A stretch of DNA of 63,909 nt, the filler included, from Hyphochytrium catenoides (taxonomy: Eukaryota > Protista > Hyphochytriomycota): assembly GCA_900088475.1 (NCBI GenBank). It is 11 parts of 11 records of this genome, joined end to end, with 100 filler letters (N's around TTAATTAATTAA, not from the genome) between each part and the next. Parts side by side here need not be neighbours in the genome. Positions count along the whole stretch, not along the records: positions 44,376 to 49,690 come from FLMG01004422.1; positions 49,791 to 57,126 come from FLMG01002792.1; positions 57,227 to 58,556 come from FLMG01000425.1; positions 58,657 to 61,487 come from FLMG01001132.1; 7 more parts are not named here. The stretch is one strand, 5' to 3'. The position numbers and the translations under genes were made by a program. Numbering within the stretch: position 1 is the stretch's first letter; each line of letters starts with the position of its first letter. A model generated the notes under the pieces. It saw nothing but the letters and a program-made list of their open reading frames with translations. It was not told where the DNA came from and did not search any database. Below are positions 46,380-60,060 of the stretch, piece by piece.

Positions 46380-49015
46380 ATCACTCTCTCACTTCCTCCT
46401 CCTCCTCCTTCTGTTCGTACAGGAACTTACTGTCTTGATCAAGGGTGTTTCTGGGGAAGAGGTGAGGAACCCGTTATTATCAGGAAGTAGTTGGGATCAA
46501 AGCCTCTCGATATATGAATAACCACTTCCACCGCCAACAGTTGCAACTAAGGTGGTGGTAGTAGTCCTGCAAGCAAGCAGCAGGTTCCTGGAGCAGTCCT
46601 TGGCGGGTTAATTTAGGGAGAAGAGTAGTAGCTGCAGTAGGTTTCTAGTAGGAGTAGTAAGCAGCAGTAAGTAAGTAGTCCATAATAGTTCCAGATCGTT
46701 AGTTAGTTACTGTTTTTCATGTTCCCTCAGTGGGTTCTATACTGTTCTTTTTTAAAGTCAGTAATAAAGTAGTAGTCACGGTCCCCGATTATCGGCTAAT
46801 ACAAAGACCATTGGCTTTCAACGACATTTTGCTCCTCGAAGAAGCTACACGATGCACATTGGCAATCAACAACTTTGAGAAATCCGCGCAAACACTCTTT
46901 GAGGAAGAAGAAGAAGGCTGTTGAATAAGATTAGATGCGATTGGCCCCTGGATTTATAGTCAGGAGAGAGATAGGGACTTTATATCTTGCCTTTCCAGTG
47001 GAAGGCAAGGTATATTCCGGATAACAACCTGCTTGCTATTATGCTATCTATTTCGAATTGTAGGCGTTTCGTTTCAACATTAAAGTGTTCAATGTGTCAA
47101 GCTTGCTTTCCTCTTTTTTTCGTTATCAATGTTTCCCGTGATAACAAGTTTTTGCTTTTCGGTGGAAACTGCAGGTTTTGAAATTATGATTCTTCCTTTT
47201 CCGACATTGATGGCGAGGAGGGTGGCGGAGGAGCACGCGTTTTAGAGTCCAGGGCTTTGTAGCTCTCGTCTCCTCGCTCTTCTTTTCTCTTCTACTTCTC
47301 CTTTTCTTCTTCTCTTCTGTCTTCTTCCTCTTCCTCTTCTTCTTTTACTTCTTCTTAGCTTCATCTTTTACTTCTTCGTAGCTATTATTATAGCTATCAA
47401 TCATAATATAAAAAGGAAAAGATTCTCAACTTCTTTATCAGATCCTCTGCATATAATTTCTTGGGACGAAGGAAGGAATAGAAGATAAAGAGAAGGAAGA
47501 GACGAAGAAGAATTAGAAGGAGAGTTAAAAGAAAAGAAGAGAAGAAAGGTGAGAGAAAAAAGAAACAGAAGAAGAAGATAAAGAGAAGACAGAAAGAAAA
47601 AACAGGAAAAAGAGATAACAAAAGCTACTACAAAGCCGTGATGTCTTCGTCTACTCTATCTTCTCCAGGCTCGGTATTAGAGAAGGAAGACTCACAGTTG
47701 ACTTTCTCACTAAGAACACACAGGAGAAGAGGGAGGAGGGGGAAAAGAAGATGAAGCACCGAAATCATCATCATCAATCATGCTCCCAGGCAAGCAAGAG
47801 AAGGCTCCAACAACTGCTGACGACGAGGAATACGCTTCATAATCAGATGAAGCGCATTCCCTTCAATCACCTATGGCCAAGGAGACTCCGCAATAAATAA
47901 TGGCGTAAAGCCATCCAGGCGAGACCAGGGACCATGATGATGATGCGGAGAAGCATCAACAGCTGCACGATCTCACTGGAGCTTGAAAGTTTTCCCACGC
48001 AGCAGTCGTCCATCCACCACCACCAGCAGGACACGCGGCATAGCTCCACCGAAAGACTCTCAAATAACTAACAGGCCCCGCTGGCGCGTGTTGTGTGGGC
48101 CCTTGGCCACCTTTCTTTTTCTATAAAACCTGTATGAATGATGGATATATTAGGCCTTTTCTTTATCCATTTATAGAGCATACATAGCCTTTGTATTGAG
48201 TGTCATAAGGGAAGAGAGAACATTATAGACGATTTTTGAAATTATAATAATAGTTTGTCCCTATATTCTTGTTGAGCAACTGGACCTTTCTTTTCTCTTG
48301 CTTGCCTCGCGGCGGTGGTGGTCCAGCGTGATGGTGATGACATTGTGGTAGTGGTGGTGGTTCATTCACCTCCCCGTCGTTCATCCTTTACTGGTGAGCG
48401 GGAAGGCGCAGGCAGAGCTGAGGGCAAGACCAAGGCTTTATTTTAGTTTGTCTCTTCTTTCTTTGTTTTTCTTTTCCTTCATCTTCTTCTCCTCNNTCAA
48501 TGATTAATAGTCATTACCGTAGATAATGAACGGTATATTTTGCTGAAGTCTCTTCTAGTGTAGGGAAGAAAGGCCGTGACAAACGGATCTTCAGAAGCGC
48601 TCGGCGGATATGCTGGATGTCGAATCATCATGAGAAAAATATCGTCGCACTCAATCATTGCAAGCAACTCATCATTCTCGCCGCGGTGATGGGAGCGCAA
48701 AGTTGATGTATGATGAGGAGGGAGACAGGAGGCTTCACGCTCCACCCACGTAGCACAAGTGTCGGGGAAGGAAAAGGAGGAGAAAGGAGGAGGAGAAGAA
48801 GGAGAAGAAGATGAAAAAAAGGAGAAGACGAGGAGGAAAAAGAAGAGACCAGGGCTAGAGGAGCAATGAGGAGTGAAACACATTGAAGAGGAGGAATGGG
48901 CCTTTATTATTGGAGGTTGAGCAATAAGCACAAGAGAGAGCTCTCCACCTTGTGCGGAATGTTTTCTGGAGTTTTACAGTGTTAGCATTCTCTGGAAATC
49001 ATCACGATAGCCTCT

Positions 49016-49690
49016 CCCGCGGAGCTCCAGCAGAGAGAGAGAGAGAAACAGGGAGGAGAGGATTGCCAATCGGAGAACGACAGAGCCCGAGTTCCAGCAG
49101 AGAGTGAGAGAGAGAAACAGAGAGAGGGTTGTTCACCAACGAAGAGACTTTGACGAAAACAAATTCCGTGAGAGAGAGAGAGGCGAATATGGTTAGCATG
49201 CAACGCCAAAGAGAGTCAGCGGCATTCCGTGAAGCAGAGAGAGAGCACCAGAGGGTCAGGAGAGAGGAAGAGCGATTATAAGGCAGCGTGAGAGAGAACT
49301 ACTAGAGCACTACCGTTTGGCAGAATTAGTTGACGATCTTGAAGAAGTAGAGGAGTGTGGGAGGTGCTCCAGAAGATGTGTCACAGCAGCATGATGCGGG
49401 AACCCTCTATGACTAACTTTGGAAAAAGTATGATATTTATTTTTGTTATAAGGGAAGCGATAGACGCCGTCTCTCTTCTCTTCTCTTATTATTTATCTAC
49501 CTAACTCGTTGCTGCCGCGCACGGATCTGCTACGGCTTTTATCAACGAAGCAATTGTAGGTGGACTACAATGCAGATGATCCATTAGGAGTCACTACTAA
49601 CTACTGCCAGCAGCCGGTCTGGCAACCAGGACCGAACTTTTTGATGGGCGACCCATCGGGACGTCGGATGTAGAAAAAATCCTCGCCAGA
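49016..49690 (+). mobile_element. Possible decayed Helitron RepHel N-terminal region
   Basis: Frameshifted PEFQQRVRERNRER/KFRERER-type repeats, then QHDAGTLY and TRCC(A)HG, resembling the H..G...CxxC...CCxxG zinc motif of Helitron proteins; many stops. Confidence 0.4.
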
Positions 49691-50483
49691 NNNNNNNNNN
49701 NNNNNNNNNNNNNNNNNNNNNNNNNNNNNNNNNNTTAATTAATTAANNNNNNNNNNNNNNNNNNNNNNNNNNNNNNNNNNNNNNNNNNNNAACACCCAAA
49801 TTCCTCAATTGTGAAAAGTTTGACCTGTCATGAATTCCCTCTATTCTATAATATGCTAATTATTTTCGAGGTTAATGTTAATTATTTTCTCAAAAGACTG
49901 CAATAAAGCCTTTTCTGCCCCTGTTGGCAAAGGCTGTTTCTTTATTAACGGAAAATACCGTTATTTGAGGTTTATGCTCGGCTTGAATTTTTACCTATAA
50001 AAAGGCCCAGAAAAGGCTCCGTCAAAGGAGCGGCAGCTGCAGCTGCGGGAGGAGCAGGTCCGACCGACGGCCAAGTCATCGGCAATTCGCTTCCTTCCTG
50101 TCTATCATTTTCTATTGATGCAAGAGTGCAATGGGCTTGAACTGCAGAGATTATTAGAGGTGCATCTACTTCTAAAGACGTAGATCCCTTAACCACGAGT
50201 ATCATCAGGCAATCGAAGCAGTCAAATACGGTGCTGGTGAAGCCCTCTGTAGCCAATTGTCCTACCATGAAAAGCAAGGTTTTGACGGTAGTCTAGACAA
50301 TGGCCTCTAGACTGGCTTAGACGGCACCTTAGCCTTCTTTGTCAGGGAGCACATTGGAAAAACTCTGTTGAAAACCCAGAGCAGCCTATTTGGAAGCCCT
50401 TCTGGAATTGGTTCCCTTCAACCTCACTGGCGATGAGCGGGCTGTTCTCAAGGCATTAACCTTTCACATTAACGGGAGAAGCC

Positions 50484-52987
50484 ATGGATTTCCTCACTAC
50501 TCTCAATGGGGATCTATTCCTGGCCATCGTCGAGTTCTTGCCCATAGATAGTGAGAGGCTCGTCTTGAGACGCTGTTCCAAGGCTTTATTAGATCGTCCC
50601 ATATTGCGGCGCCTGCACTTTGCGTGTGAAAAGTGTGAGGTATGTCTAGTCAGGAACAACTTACCTCTCTTACTCTGTTTTGCTTCGAGCAAACCTTTGC
50701 TTGCGGCGCTCCTTCTATTGCCATGACCTCTCAGCCCGTACCTTGCACTTCGCCGTCTTTGCTTTCCCAGGCGGTCTCTCTAATATCACTTTCTCCTGCC
50801 TGCTCCTGCTGCCGTTCCGTCTTGCCTCTGTCTTTCCTATAATAAACCACGATTGTAGGAGTGTGAGTCGGGTCAGGCTACTGCTTGTGCTCTTCGACTA
50901 CGGAAGGGCTCTCAGGAGTTTGCCAGTCATTTGATCCGGCTTTGCCTCCCCTACGCGGAGGAGCTTTCACTTGGAGGCCTCGTTGTGAAAGATGAAGAAA
51001 CCTTTCTTTCATGCTTTCAGGAGAAGGGAGAGAGAGTCAGGAAGGTTGATATCAGAGGAAGCAAGGGACTCACGGATAGATTTGTGAGTGCAAATGTCGT
51101 GCAGTTTCCTTTTCCCCTAGCTTCTTCTTCGTCAGTTCTGGTGTCTAAAATGCTTGCTTTGCGGCAGTCAACTCTTCTTCTCTCTCTCTCTCTTTCTCCC
51201 ATTCGCGCTCTCTCTCTCTCTCTCTCTCCGTTGCTCTTCTCTGTGAAGTGCTAGATTGCTCTGCCCATATTGGACTTCGTTTCTTTGTATTTCTCTTGCT
51301 GCATTCGGGAGCAACATCTTTCGCGCGATAATTAGCTTTCCCTCCTGCTTCTAGTCATTTTGCTACTGTTTTATCTCTAATTGAACTGCGCCTTTCGATC
51401 GCTTGGGCTCTTATCTCATGCGTACCACTACTGCGCTGTCTCTTATACGGCTTCGTGTATCCCTCTCTCTCTGCGCAGCTGGAGGTTCTAGGACGGAGCT
51501 GTCCGTCTCTTCTCTCTTTCCGGTCCAAAGATGCGCTGTTCACAGACCGAGGGATCACCTCCTTCGTAGAGCGCTGTCCCAACCTGCTCACTTTAGATCT
51601 TTGGGGAAGTCATATGCTCACGAATGACAGTCTCTCCTCAATCTCTTTGTCTCTTCATTGTCTGACCAACCTCAGCCTGGTGGGCTGCCATAGAGTGACA
51701 GATGAAGGATTGAAGGCAATAGTTGCGGGCTGCACAGAGCTTAGAGCATTGAACCTCAGGTTCTGCCACAAAATCTCGGATGAGTACGTGCGGCCTTGAT
51801 CTTTCCTTCTCCCCATCCTCTCCTCTGTCACCCTGTCTCTCTCCTCCTTTTTCTCTTTGTTTTCTCCTCTGTCTTCCCGTCTCTTGTCCATTTTTTCCCT
51901 TCTCTTCCCTTTCTCTTTCCCACACTCTTCTTCTTCTCACGCTTTCGCGGCTTCTCTCTCTCTCTCTCGCTCTGTACTCGTCACCTTGAACAGGTCTGTG
52001 CTTGCGATAGCCCGCCATTGCCGCCAGATGCAACGACTGAACCTTCGCTACTGCTTCAAGGTCACAGACAGATCCGTAGCCGTCTTATGCTATCAACTGT
52101 CTAGTCTAAAGGCACTGAACCTCTCACAGGTAAAACCCCAAGGGGTGCAGTGCAGCAGAAAGAGAGAGAGAGAATTGTAGAGGGATTTAGTGGGGGAGAA
52201 GAGAGGGACATACGGAGGAACAAATGATGGACTTAGAGTAAGAAAGGCGCAGCTTCTAACTAGGAGCGCTAAGGGGTGTCTATCTTCTCTGTCCTGGCAG
52301 TGTCCGAAGATCAGTGATGAGGCTGTCAGCCTTATCTCTCAGAGTCTCCTTTGCCTGGAAGAGCTCTCTCTCTGGGGCTGTCCAAAAGTTAGTTCCGCCT
52401 CTCTCCTGAGCAGTGCAGCCAGCATGAGAAGCCTCAGGTATAGCTCAAATCTCTCCTGCGGGCCAAAGTCTATTATTTGGCAGGCCACCAGCGCATTTCT
52501 CTTTTTTTCTTCTCTCTTTCTTCTCGTTCTCTTTCTTTCTTTCTCTTCTCTCCCTCTCCCACTCAATTCTACCTCAATCTGTATTCGTTTCGCCAGAACC
52601 CGTCTCTCTTTCTGTGCGTCCTGGGCCCCTTTCTCTGTCTCTGGCTATTCCCACTCTTCGTCAACGCGGTGGCGATCTACGTACACTTAGTTACCTCTAC
52701 CGAACCGATGTTTCCGTTCCACTTTCTATTCTGCTTATTGCTGCCACTGTCACTCTGTCAGTTGGCTTACACTCCTCTTATACTCTTATTCTCTTTCTCA
52801 CACCTCTCTCTTCTCTGTTTCCTCTCTCTTCTCTATTTCTTTTAGAGTGCTAGACATCCGAGCACGCGATCACTATGGCAATTTAGGCGGCTGCTCCGCG
52901 GATCAATACCTCAATACCTACAGAGACACTCTCTCCCGATGGCAGCAGCATCCCACCAAGTCAGGGGTCTTTGAACGGCGAGGCTGA
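50484..52987 (+). CDS. F-box/leucine-rich repeat protein (FBXL, cysteine-containing LRRs), 6 exons
   Basis: F-box-like MDFLTTLNGDLFLAIVEFLP...LRRCSK; LRR_CC repeats CPNLLTLDLWGSHMLTNDSL, CLTNLSLVGCHRVTDEGL, ELRALNLRFCHKISD, QRLNLRYCFKVTDRSV, LEELSLWGCPKVS; phase-consistent GT-AG introns. Confidence 0.9.
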
Positions 52988-54073
52988 GCTCTCTCTTTCG
53001 TTCATCGCGCGCCTCGCTCTCTCTTCCTTTAGTCTGTGCCTCTCTCTTTCCCATACTCCCACTAGTTCTTTTTTGGCGTGGATTGAAACCTCTTCAGCCG
53101 CTTTCAGCGCGCTTGTAAGGCTAAGGAGATAGCCCGTCAACAGGCTAGACCAAACTGTGTTTCTATATGTCCCTTATCTCTCTCTCTCTCTCTTTCTCTC
53201 TGCTCCGCTTGGGCTGCCCTTCCGATACTTTCCTCCTCCTCCCTCTCGCCTGGCCGTACGTGGTACGCCTGGGACATTGTCACTATTTATGGTGCTGGCT
53301 ATTTATTTATAAAATATTAAGGCATTATTTTCTCGGTCTTATCATGGCTGCCCTCTCTGTTGCTTTGTCACTCTCCTGGCATCAGCTACGATGGCACTGA
53401 AGACTAAACCTCTCTCTGTCGCTCTCTCTCTCTCTCTTTCTTTTTCTCTGTCTCTCCTGGTCTCGATGCAGTCTCTCTCTCTCTCTCTCACTGGTGTTGT
53501 TCTTAGCTTGATCTCTCTTCTATCACATCTTCTCTCTTTTCTACCCTGCCCCAGATCGCCTGTCTGGCCTAACATCCATCATCTATGCTGCTGGACATAA
53601 ATAAGAAAACATCTTTTCCTTTTATAACTTATCTCCAGTAGATCCATTGTCCTGAGCTGGAGCCAGCTTCACGGAGTCGCAGACCTAGGAGTAGATGCAA
53701 GAGGAAAGGGAAGGAAAGAGGTCTCTATTTCTCTCTCTCTCTCCTCTCGCCTTTCCTTACGTCTCGTCGTGACTCTTAGAGACCACAGCTATCTTTGTGA
53801 GAGAGAGAGAGGGAGAGAGATTGCAAGCAACGGACAGGACAAGAAGCGGTAACTTAGGTCCTCTAAACAGAGGCTTCTCATACAAATGGGTCTCAAGCCA
53901 CACGGAAATGTAAGGAGATAGAACACAGAGAGAGCAAGACGGAGAGAGAGAGAGAGAGACGAAGGTTGGAGGCGGCGGAAGAGAGAGAAAGACAGGGCTG
54001 GGGGTGACCGATGAACAGAAAGAGAGGGAAGGGGAGAGAAGACTTGGAAGAAGAAAGGCACTTTGTAGTCACG

Positions 54074-54871
54074 CTAGGTACGGATTGTCCTTAGCAAACG
54101 AAGGACTGATCGGTCTTTCCGTCGGCTTCCTCTTCTCTGGCTTCTGCTTTCTTCTTCGTTGTCAGCTTCTCTTTGATTGTCTTCCGCTTCGTCCTCTCTT
54201 TCATCCTCCAGAACCGTGTTGAGGCCAAATCTTAGGCTTCTGCTAGAAGAGAAGCGGTGGGAGTTACTCTGTCTCCTCTCTGGCCTGCTGTTTTCTCCCC
54301 GGTACGGCAGGCTTTCTGCAGCTTCTTCTTCCTTTGTTTGCTGGGAGAAAGGGACAGTCTCTTTCTCTTCTTCCTCGTGCAGGCTTCGGGTGTTAGAAGA
54401 GAGAAGTCCACCGGATGAGAGAGAGCCGTACGAGTCTTTAGAAGGGACCTGACTCACGCCCACCAGTGAAGGAGCTGCTGCCTTCATCTTTGAGGCAGAC
54501 AGACAGAAGAGGAAAGAGAAATGGAGAGAAAGAGAGACTGCGGGTCAAGTCTCTCTCTCCTCTCTTGACCAAATCTGATCGTCCGGTACTTTCGAAGGAA
54601 TTTCCTGAATGGGCATCACCTCTTCGTTCGTTCTTCAAGGCACAGCAGAGCAGAACAGAATGAGACAGAGAAAGAAGAAGATCTACTGGAAGATGATAGA
54701 GAGAGAAGAGACAGAAGAGACGGAGAGAGAGAGGGAGAAAGAGAGAGGCACCGACGAGTAGTGTAGGTTGCCTTAAGGGAGCTCGAGGAACGGAGGAAGG
54801 AGGAAAGACGCTGAGCAGAAGGTCAAGAGGCCACTAAGCCTAGGCATAACCAACAGATCTAAGTGGGGGAG

Positions 54872-54913
<42 letters not shown>

Positions 54914-56280
54914 CGAGAGAGAGAGAGAGAGAGAGAGAAGAAAGGAGGTAGTGAAGTCCCTAGGGTGAGAACTATAGCACTGGCGGAGCCACGTCTGGGA
55001 AGAGAGAGAGACACACACGAGAGCACGGGAGTGACAGACACAGAGAGATAGAGAGAGAGTAGGGGAAAGAGAAGGATGAGACGTAATGAAGGCACTCTCA
55101 AGACCTCAAGCTTCAGCAACGCTAGATAGTTCTACCAAGACCAGACAGTGACGGACATTGGAAGATGAGAGAGAAGAAAGCGGAAGATTTTTGAACAGAG
55201 AGAGACAGAGACAAGTAACAGGAGGGTGAGAGAGACGATCTTTGAGAAAAATCTAACCAGAAGTGAGGTATCATCGCGGAGAGAAGAAGCCCTGGTCTAG
55301 ATGTCAATTTTCAAAGGTAAAGGACGCAGAAATAGAGAGCAAAAAAAGCAAAACAAGAGGAATAGATTCACAATTATAAGGCGATGAGGAGAGATAGGAA
55401 AAGGAGAGAGAGAGAGAGNNNNNNNNNNNNNNNNNNNNNNNNNNNNNNNNNNNNNNNNNNNNNNNNNNNNNCACAGCATCAATCCTCGCAGAATAACATG
55501 ATACAACTATGACGCTACTCTCAAACCCACTCTTCGTTGGTTCGAAAGTCAAGGACGTTCCCCCTACAATTTTTGTCTGGAGGCTTGGATGCGACGGGCT
55601 TAGCGCCACAGCAGGAGCGTTTCTTGTCTATGCTGGGCCGGTTGCCGCCACCTACATAGCGCAACAGGACTCATAACCCTGCAAAACAGTAGAGCAGAGG
55701 CGAGGTATAAGAGAAAAGTTGAAGAGAGACATAAAAAAGAAGGGAACAAGGAGTGAGAGAATGGAAAAAGAAAGAGAGAAGACTGAAGAGAAATGGAGAG
55801 AGAGGACAATGAAAAGAGAGTAGTGTGTTTAGCCTATGTTGAGACAGAGGGAGAGAAAGAGAACAGTCTAAGAAGTCAGCGAGCTTTAGTTCTACATCGC
55901 TAGAAATTTTCTTTGAAAATGTAAGACTACACTTCTCTTGCGTTGACATAAGACTAATCAAGAGGAACATCCGACCAACCTATCCTTGTCCCAATGTCAC
56001 TTTCCATTAGCTCTTGATGGCGAAGAGCAGAGCAAATAAAGCTATGATCTATATGAACAGAAAGTTTGGCATGCCCTGGTAGGGCTGCTAGGAAAGGTCG
56101 CTGCCTGAATTTGTCACCTACTTTCCTAGGAGAGAGTGAGCTCATTCAAGATCAACCCACGTTCTCTCTTTTGAAAAAAGAGGATAGGAAGGCACTTCTG
56201 TCGCGCCCTGGACAGGATGGGAAATGGAAAGACGTCCACTTGCACATTCTTCGGAAGGAAGGCTATCCCAGGTAGTTCTA
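54074..56280 (-). pseudogene. Unidentified multi-exon gene relic
   Basis: Islands of complex sequence between microsatellite tracts with exon-like ends and a 137-aa terminal ORF, but in-frame stops in every splice model tried. Confidence 0.3.
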
Positions 56281-59200
56281 ATAGTAGTAAGCACGGGATT
56301 GTCTTCCTTGTCTTGGAGTCATAGGCACTACCTCCTGGTCAAAACGGTAGTAGTAGTAGTAGTAGTAGTAGATCTACGTTTACAGGGGCCAATAACGCCC
56401 TGACGGCGAGGCAGTCCGACTTATTACACGTGCTTTTTCTAGGTGGAACGTCTAACGGTATGGCCAACTCTTCGAAAGTCAAATGTGGGGACAGCTTGAC
56501 GAGGCCTAACCCTAGGGAAGGGTGGACTCCGGCGCTAGGGGAAAGTGGTACGACACATTGCTACTGAGTGACGACCTGATGGTAAGGTGGGGGCTGAAGA
56601 GGCCGGGCCTGGCAGTGGCTCCCCGACAAATTTGAACTCCTACAGTACTGTAGACGGTAGGGCTGTAATGTGCCCAAGGGCTAACATTATACCTTACCGT
56701 CCCGCTTCCTAACAGGGTCTTGCATACATTATTGTTACACTTGGATTATGCACTGTGCAGTACCGTTATTGAGCCCGTCCGAGCCCATGCAGATCCCTGA
56801 TATGCTGAGCTTTGATTCTTGAGCGGGAGAGGGCGACAGGGCGACGATGTTGGGATGAGCAATACCTTCGACTTGTGTGCGAGTAGCGGCTCGTGAGCTA
56901 GTGAGCAAACACTGTGAGGTATCTCGGTTGACTGTGTATGCATGATAATAACGGTAGTGATCAAATCTGACCGTTAGCAGTCCAGACGGTCTTTCCTTTT
57001 GGTCCTCGGAAGCCGTTCAAGTGAGACAAATGCTGAATATGGGACCGGTCAGGCCGTCCTCATCACAAATACGTACGGTATGCGGGTCCTATGTTCACGA
57101 CCAGAATGTGCAGTAGAAAGGAATCGNNNNNNNNNNNNNNNNNNNNNNNNNNNNNNNNNNNNNNNNNNNNTTAATTAATTAANNNNNNNNNNNNNNNNNN
57201 NNNNNNNNNNNNNNNNNNNNNNNNNNATCTCCCCACAGAATGGTTAGGAAGCCTTATAAAAGAATCAGAAGCTCCCTGATAATATTCCACCATAGCGAAC
57301 TGATGGCTGGTCAGATTTCTGTTCCTCATTCACAGTATTCCGGACTTCGACTCCCTACTTTGGACTAACAAAAGTAGTGAGAGTCCGCTTGGCGAACCAA
57401 GAGAGAAACATCTGAATGTTTTCCCTCTTGAAGAGTCAACAGAGCGCAGCGATAGATGCAGACAGAATCTTCAGATATCTACTGATAGACCAGGGGTCGC
57501 AGAGTTAGAGACCGGAGTTGATGGCGAGGGAGGAGACGAAGAACACGCAATCGCATTGAAAAGCATAGGTTACATAAGAGGGCAATCGGGGTCTCTTTAG
57601 CTCAGCTCACATTTCCTGAGGGATTGCTTGCGATCTCCGACTATTGATATTCGCTACCGCCTTCGCTTGCTGAGGGATTTGTGAGACTGTGAGGTCTCTT
57701 CTAATGCTTCTAACAGAGCAAGTTTGCCAAGCACTATGGATACATGTCGTGAGTCCGAGAGAACGATCAGTGGGAGGGTCTCCTTAATAGCTCACCATCT
57801 TCTCTTTTGGAACCTTGGAGTGCTTTCCTTACGCTGGCTGCGGCTGAAAAGGCAGAGTAGAGCAAAGAACTCGTGACCATTCTGAGTGACCTAAAGAAAA
57901 AGGATAATCCTACCTGCTGTGGATGAGGCGGTTTCTTCGTCGTTGTGGTCGTCCTCTGAGGAGCTAAATGAATCAATGTCACTCACGCTTGCTTTCCTCC
58001 TGTTTGTTTTATGTCGATGACGAGCTCTCTTTCCCTCGGACTCTTTGCACTGCTCCAACTGCAAGAGTAACTGCGAGTCCAGCTGCCTTTTGCAGGGGCC
58101 TCTAAGTGCCGTGCTATGGGACTCCAGCCCTGCGACCGCTAGTTGTACGCTATCGGGGTCCTATCCCCAAAGTAGGAAATGGTTTAGAGAAGGGGCTGTA
58201 AGGTGAAAGGTCACCGCTGCAGATAACGAACGGATGCAGACTTAGGAAGAGACGAAGAGAAGAAGGGTACAACGAATGAGAGTCAGCAAGGGAAAGGACA
58301 AAAGTAACCTGATAGGGGAGAAATGGGCTCACAGAGGTCGATGAAAGCCAAGAAACAGCAAGGACAAAGAATGCTTAAAGCGGCCGCGGTGAAGTTTTCG
58401 ATAGTTTCGTGACTACCTGGCAAAAGTCGCAGGAGCGGCAGGAGCTGCTAGGCCGCTGCGAACAGATGGGTGATCATCCACAAGACCAAATGCACTCAAC
58501 ATGGGACCGAAAACAACTTTTACCGTCTCTCCAAAATATTTGAGGAGATAGGCCCGNNNNNNNNNNNNNNNNNNNNNNNNNNNNNNNNNNNNNNNNNNNN
58601 TTAATTAATTAANNNNNNNNNNNNNNNNNNNNNNNNNNNNNNNNNNNNNNNNNNNNGGGCATCCGACTTGCTTTGTGTGGAGACAGCGCGGTCAGGTGAT
58701 AGATGACTGCGTTCGTGCTCTCCTGACGTGCTCAATAGCTGATCTGTGCGCTGCTCAGCTACTACCAAGCCCAGGAGCTATTCAATGATGACTAGAGCTG
58801 TGGGTCTTTCCCCTAGAGATCGACACACAGGCACCGCTCTAGTGCTCGTCGCACAGTGCGGCCCCCACACTCCCGAGGAAAGGTGATAGCGCTTTAGAAG
58901 CGCAATGTGGCAGAGAGAGGAAAGCGCCACCGTCTGGATGATCCAGACAGCTTCAGATGTTCAGTGCTGCCGTGGCGCTGGACCGTCCGCATGACAAGCC
59001 ATAGCGCCCCACCTCTAGATGGCCACCTTGGGAGCAGGAGCTCAGTCAGGGATTGAGAAGTTCTTTACTTTCCCAACCTCCTGTCTGCCTTACGCCTGGC
59101 AGCGGGTGTTTCTACTTCTAAGTCAACTCCAGAGGGGGAAAGGCGAGTATTTATTTCTGATATCCGCCACCCTCAGGCCAGTCCCTGCTGGCCGTGGTAA

Positions 59201-59334
59201 CAGTGACTATTAGTTGCCTTTCTTGCCATGAGACTAGCAAACGGAGCTGGTCAGGCTGTAAACAGTAACAGCGCCATAGACAATCTCTCATGTCCCTCAA
59301 CCGAGCTGGTTCTCCTCTTTCCCATCATGTTTTT

Positions 59335-59800
59335 TGGGGTACCCACGGCTCCTTTGGCAGCTCCACTGCCATAAGCTCCTACAGGCATTGGTACTGGCGT
59401 CTGCACTGATGGAGGAGTCAAGGATAGATAGCGGGTGTGAAGTGCATGAATATCCTTAGATAACTGGCTCCCAACTATAGCGCTCTTTGCTCCTGGTGGC
59501 CAACGTTTGCACAGAAGAGACCCTCCTTTCTAGAACTCTCGCTCTCCTTCCGTATAATATATCCTTCTCCTACCTTTCAATTATGCCGTGGGTTGGCCTG
59601 TGCTGCGGTTCCTCCTTGCTGCTTTCTAGGCCTCAACCTCTTCTCTGTTCTGGCGTACATGCCCCAGTTGCCGCTTCTGCGGTTACATCCTGCTGACTAG
59701 TTCTGTTGTCCTAATGAAAGTGGGCAAGCGCATCAATGGTTATGGGTGGAGATTTCTAAGATGATAATAGGTCATGCAGTGGATAAGCGACGCCCATGCC
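59335..59800 (-). mobile_element. Highly degenerate Gypsy RNase H/integrase relic
   Basis: Frameshifted fragments IDALAH, RYSWEP, LSKDIHAL, HQCRR, LMAVELPKEPW in the order expected for ADALSR...YWWP.M.KDI...CQR...L.P...PW. Confidence 0.35.
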
Positions 59801-59957
59801 CGACAAGAGGTCTACGGGCTGTGCCGCTGCTTCCTCTTCTATGAGGGGCCTGGGCGAGAGCAATCTTGCAGTTGACTCAATCTGAAGGTTTCCGTGGGAA
59901 GACGCAAGGCCAANNNNNNNNNNNNNNNNNNNNNNNNNNNNNNNNNNNNNNNNNNNN

Positions 59958-60060
59958 CACTATCGCTATGCACAAGGGGAGCTCTATATCTACACTATCG
60001 CTATGCACAAGGGGAGCTCTATATATACACTATCGCTATCTACAAGGTGGAGTGTCTATG
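59958..60060. repeat. 35-bp minisatellite (at least 3 copies) abutting an assembly gap
   Basis: CACTATCGCTATGCACAAGGGGAGCTCTATATCTA units starting at 59958, 59993 and 60028. Confidence 0.88.

Noticed and set aside
59958-60060. 35-bp repeats as a CRISPR array
   Set aside because: Head-to-tail units with no spacers, no cas genes, eukaryotic context
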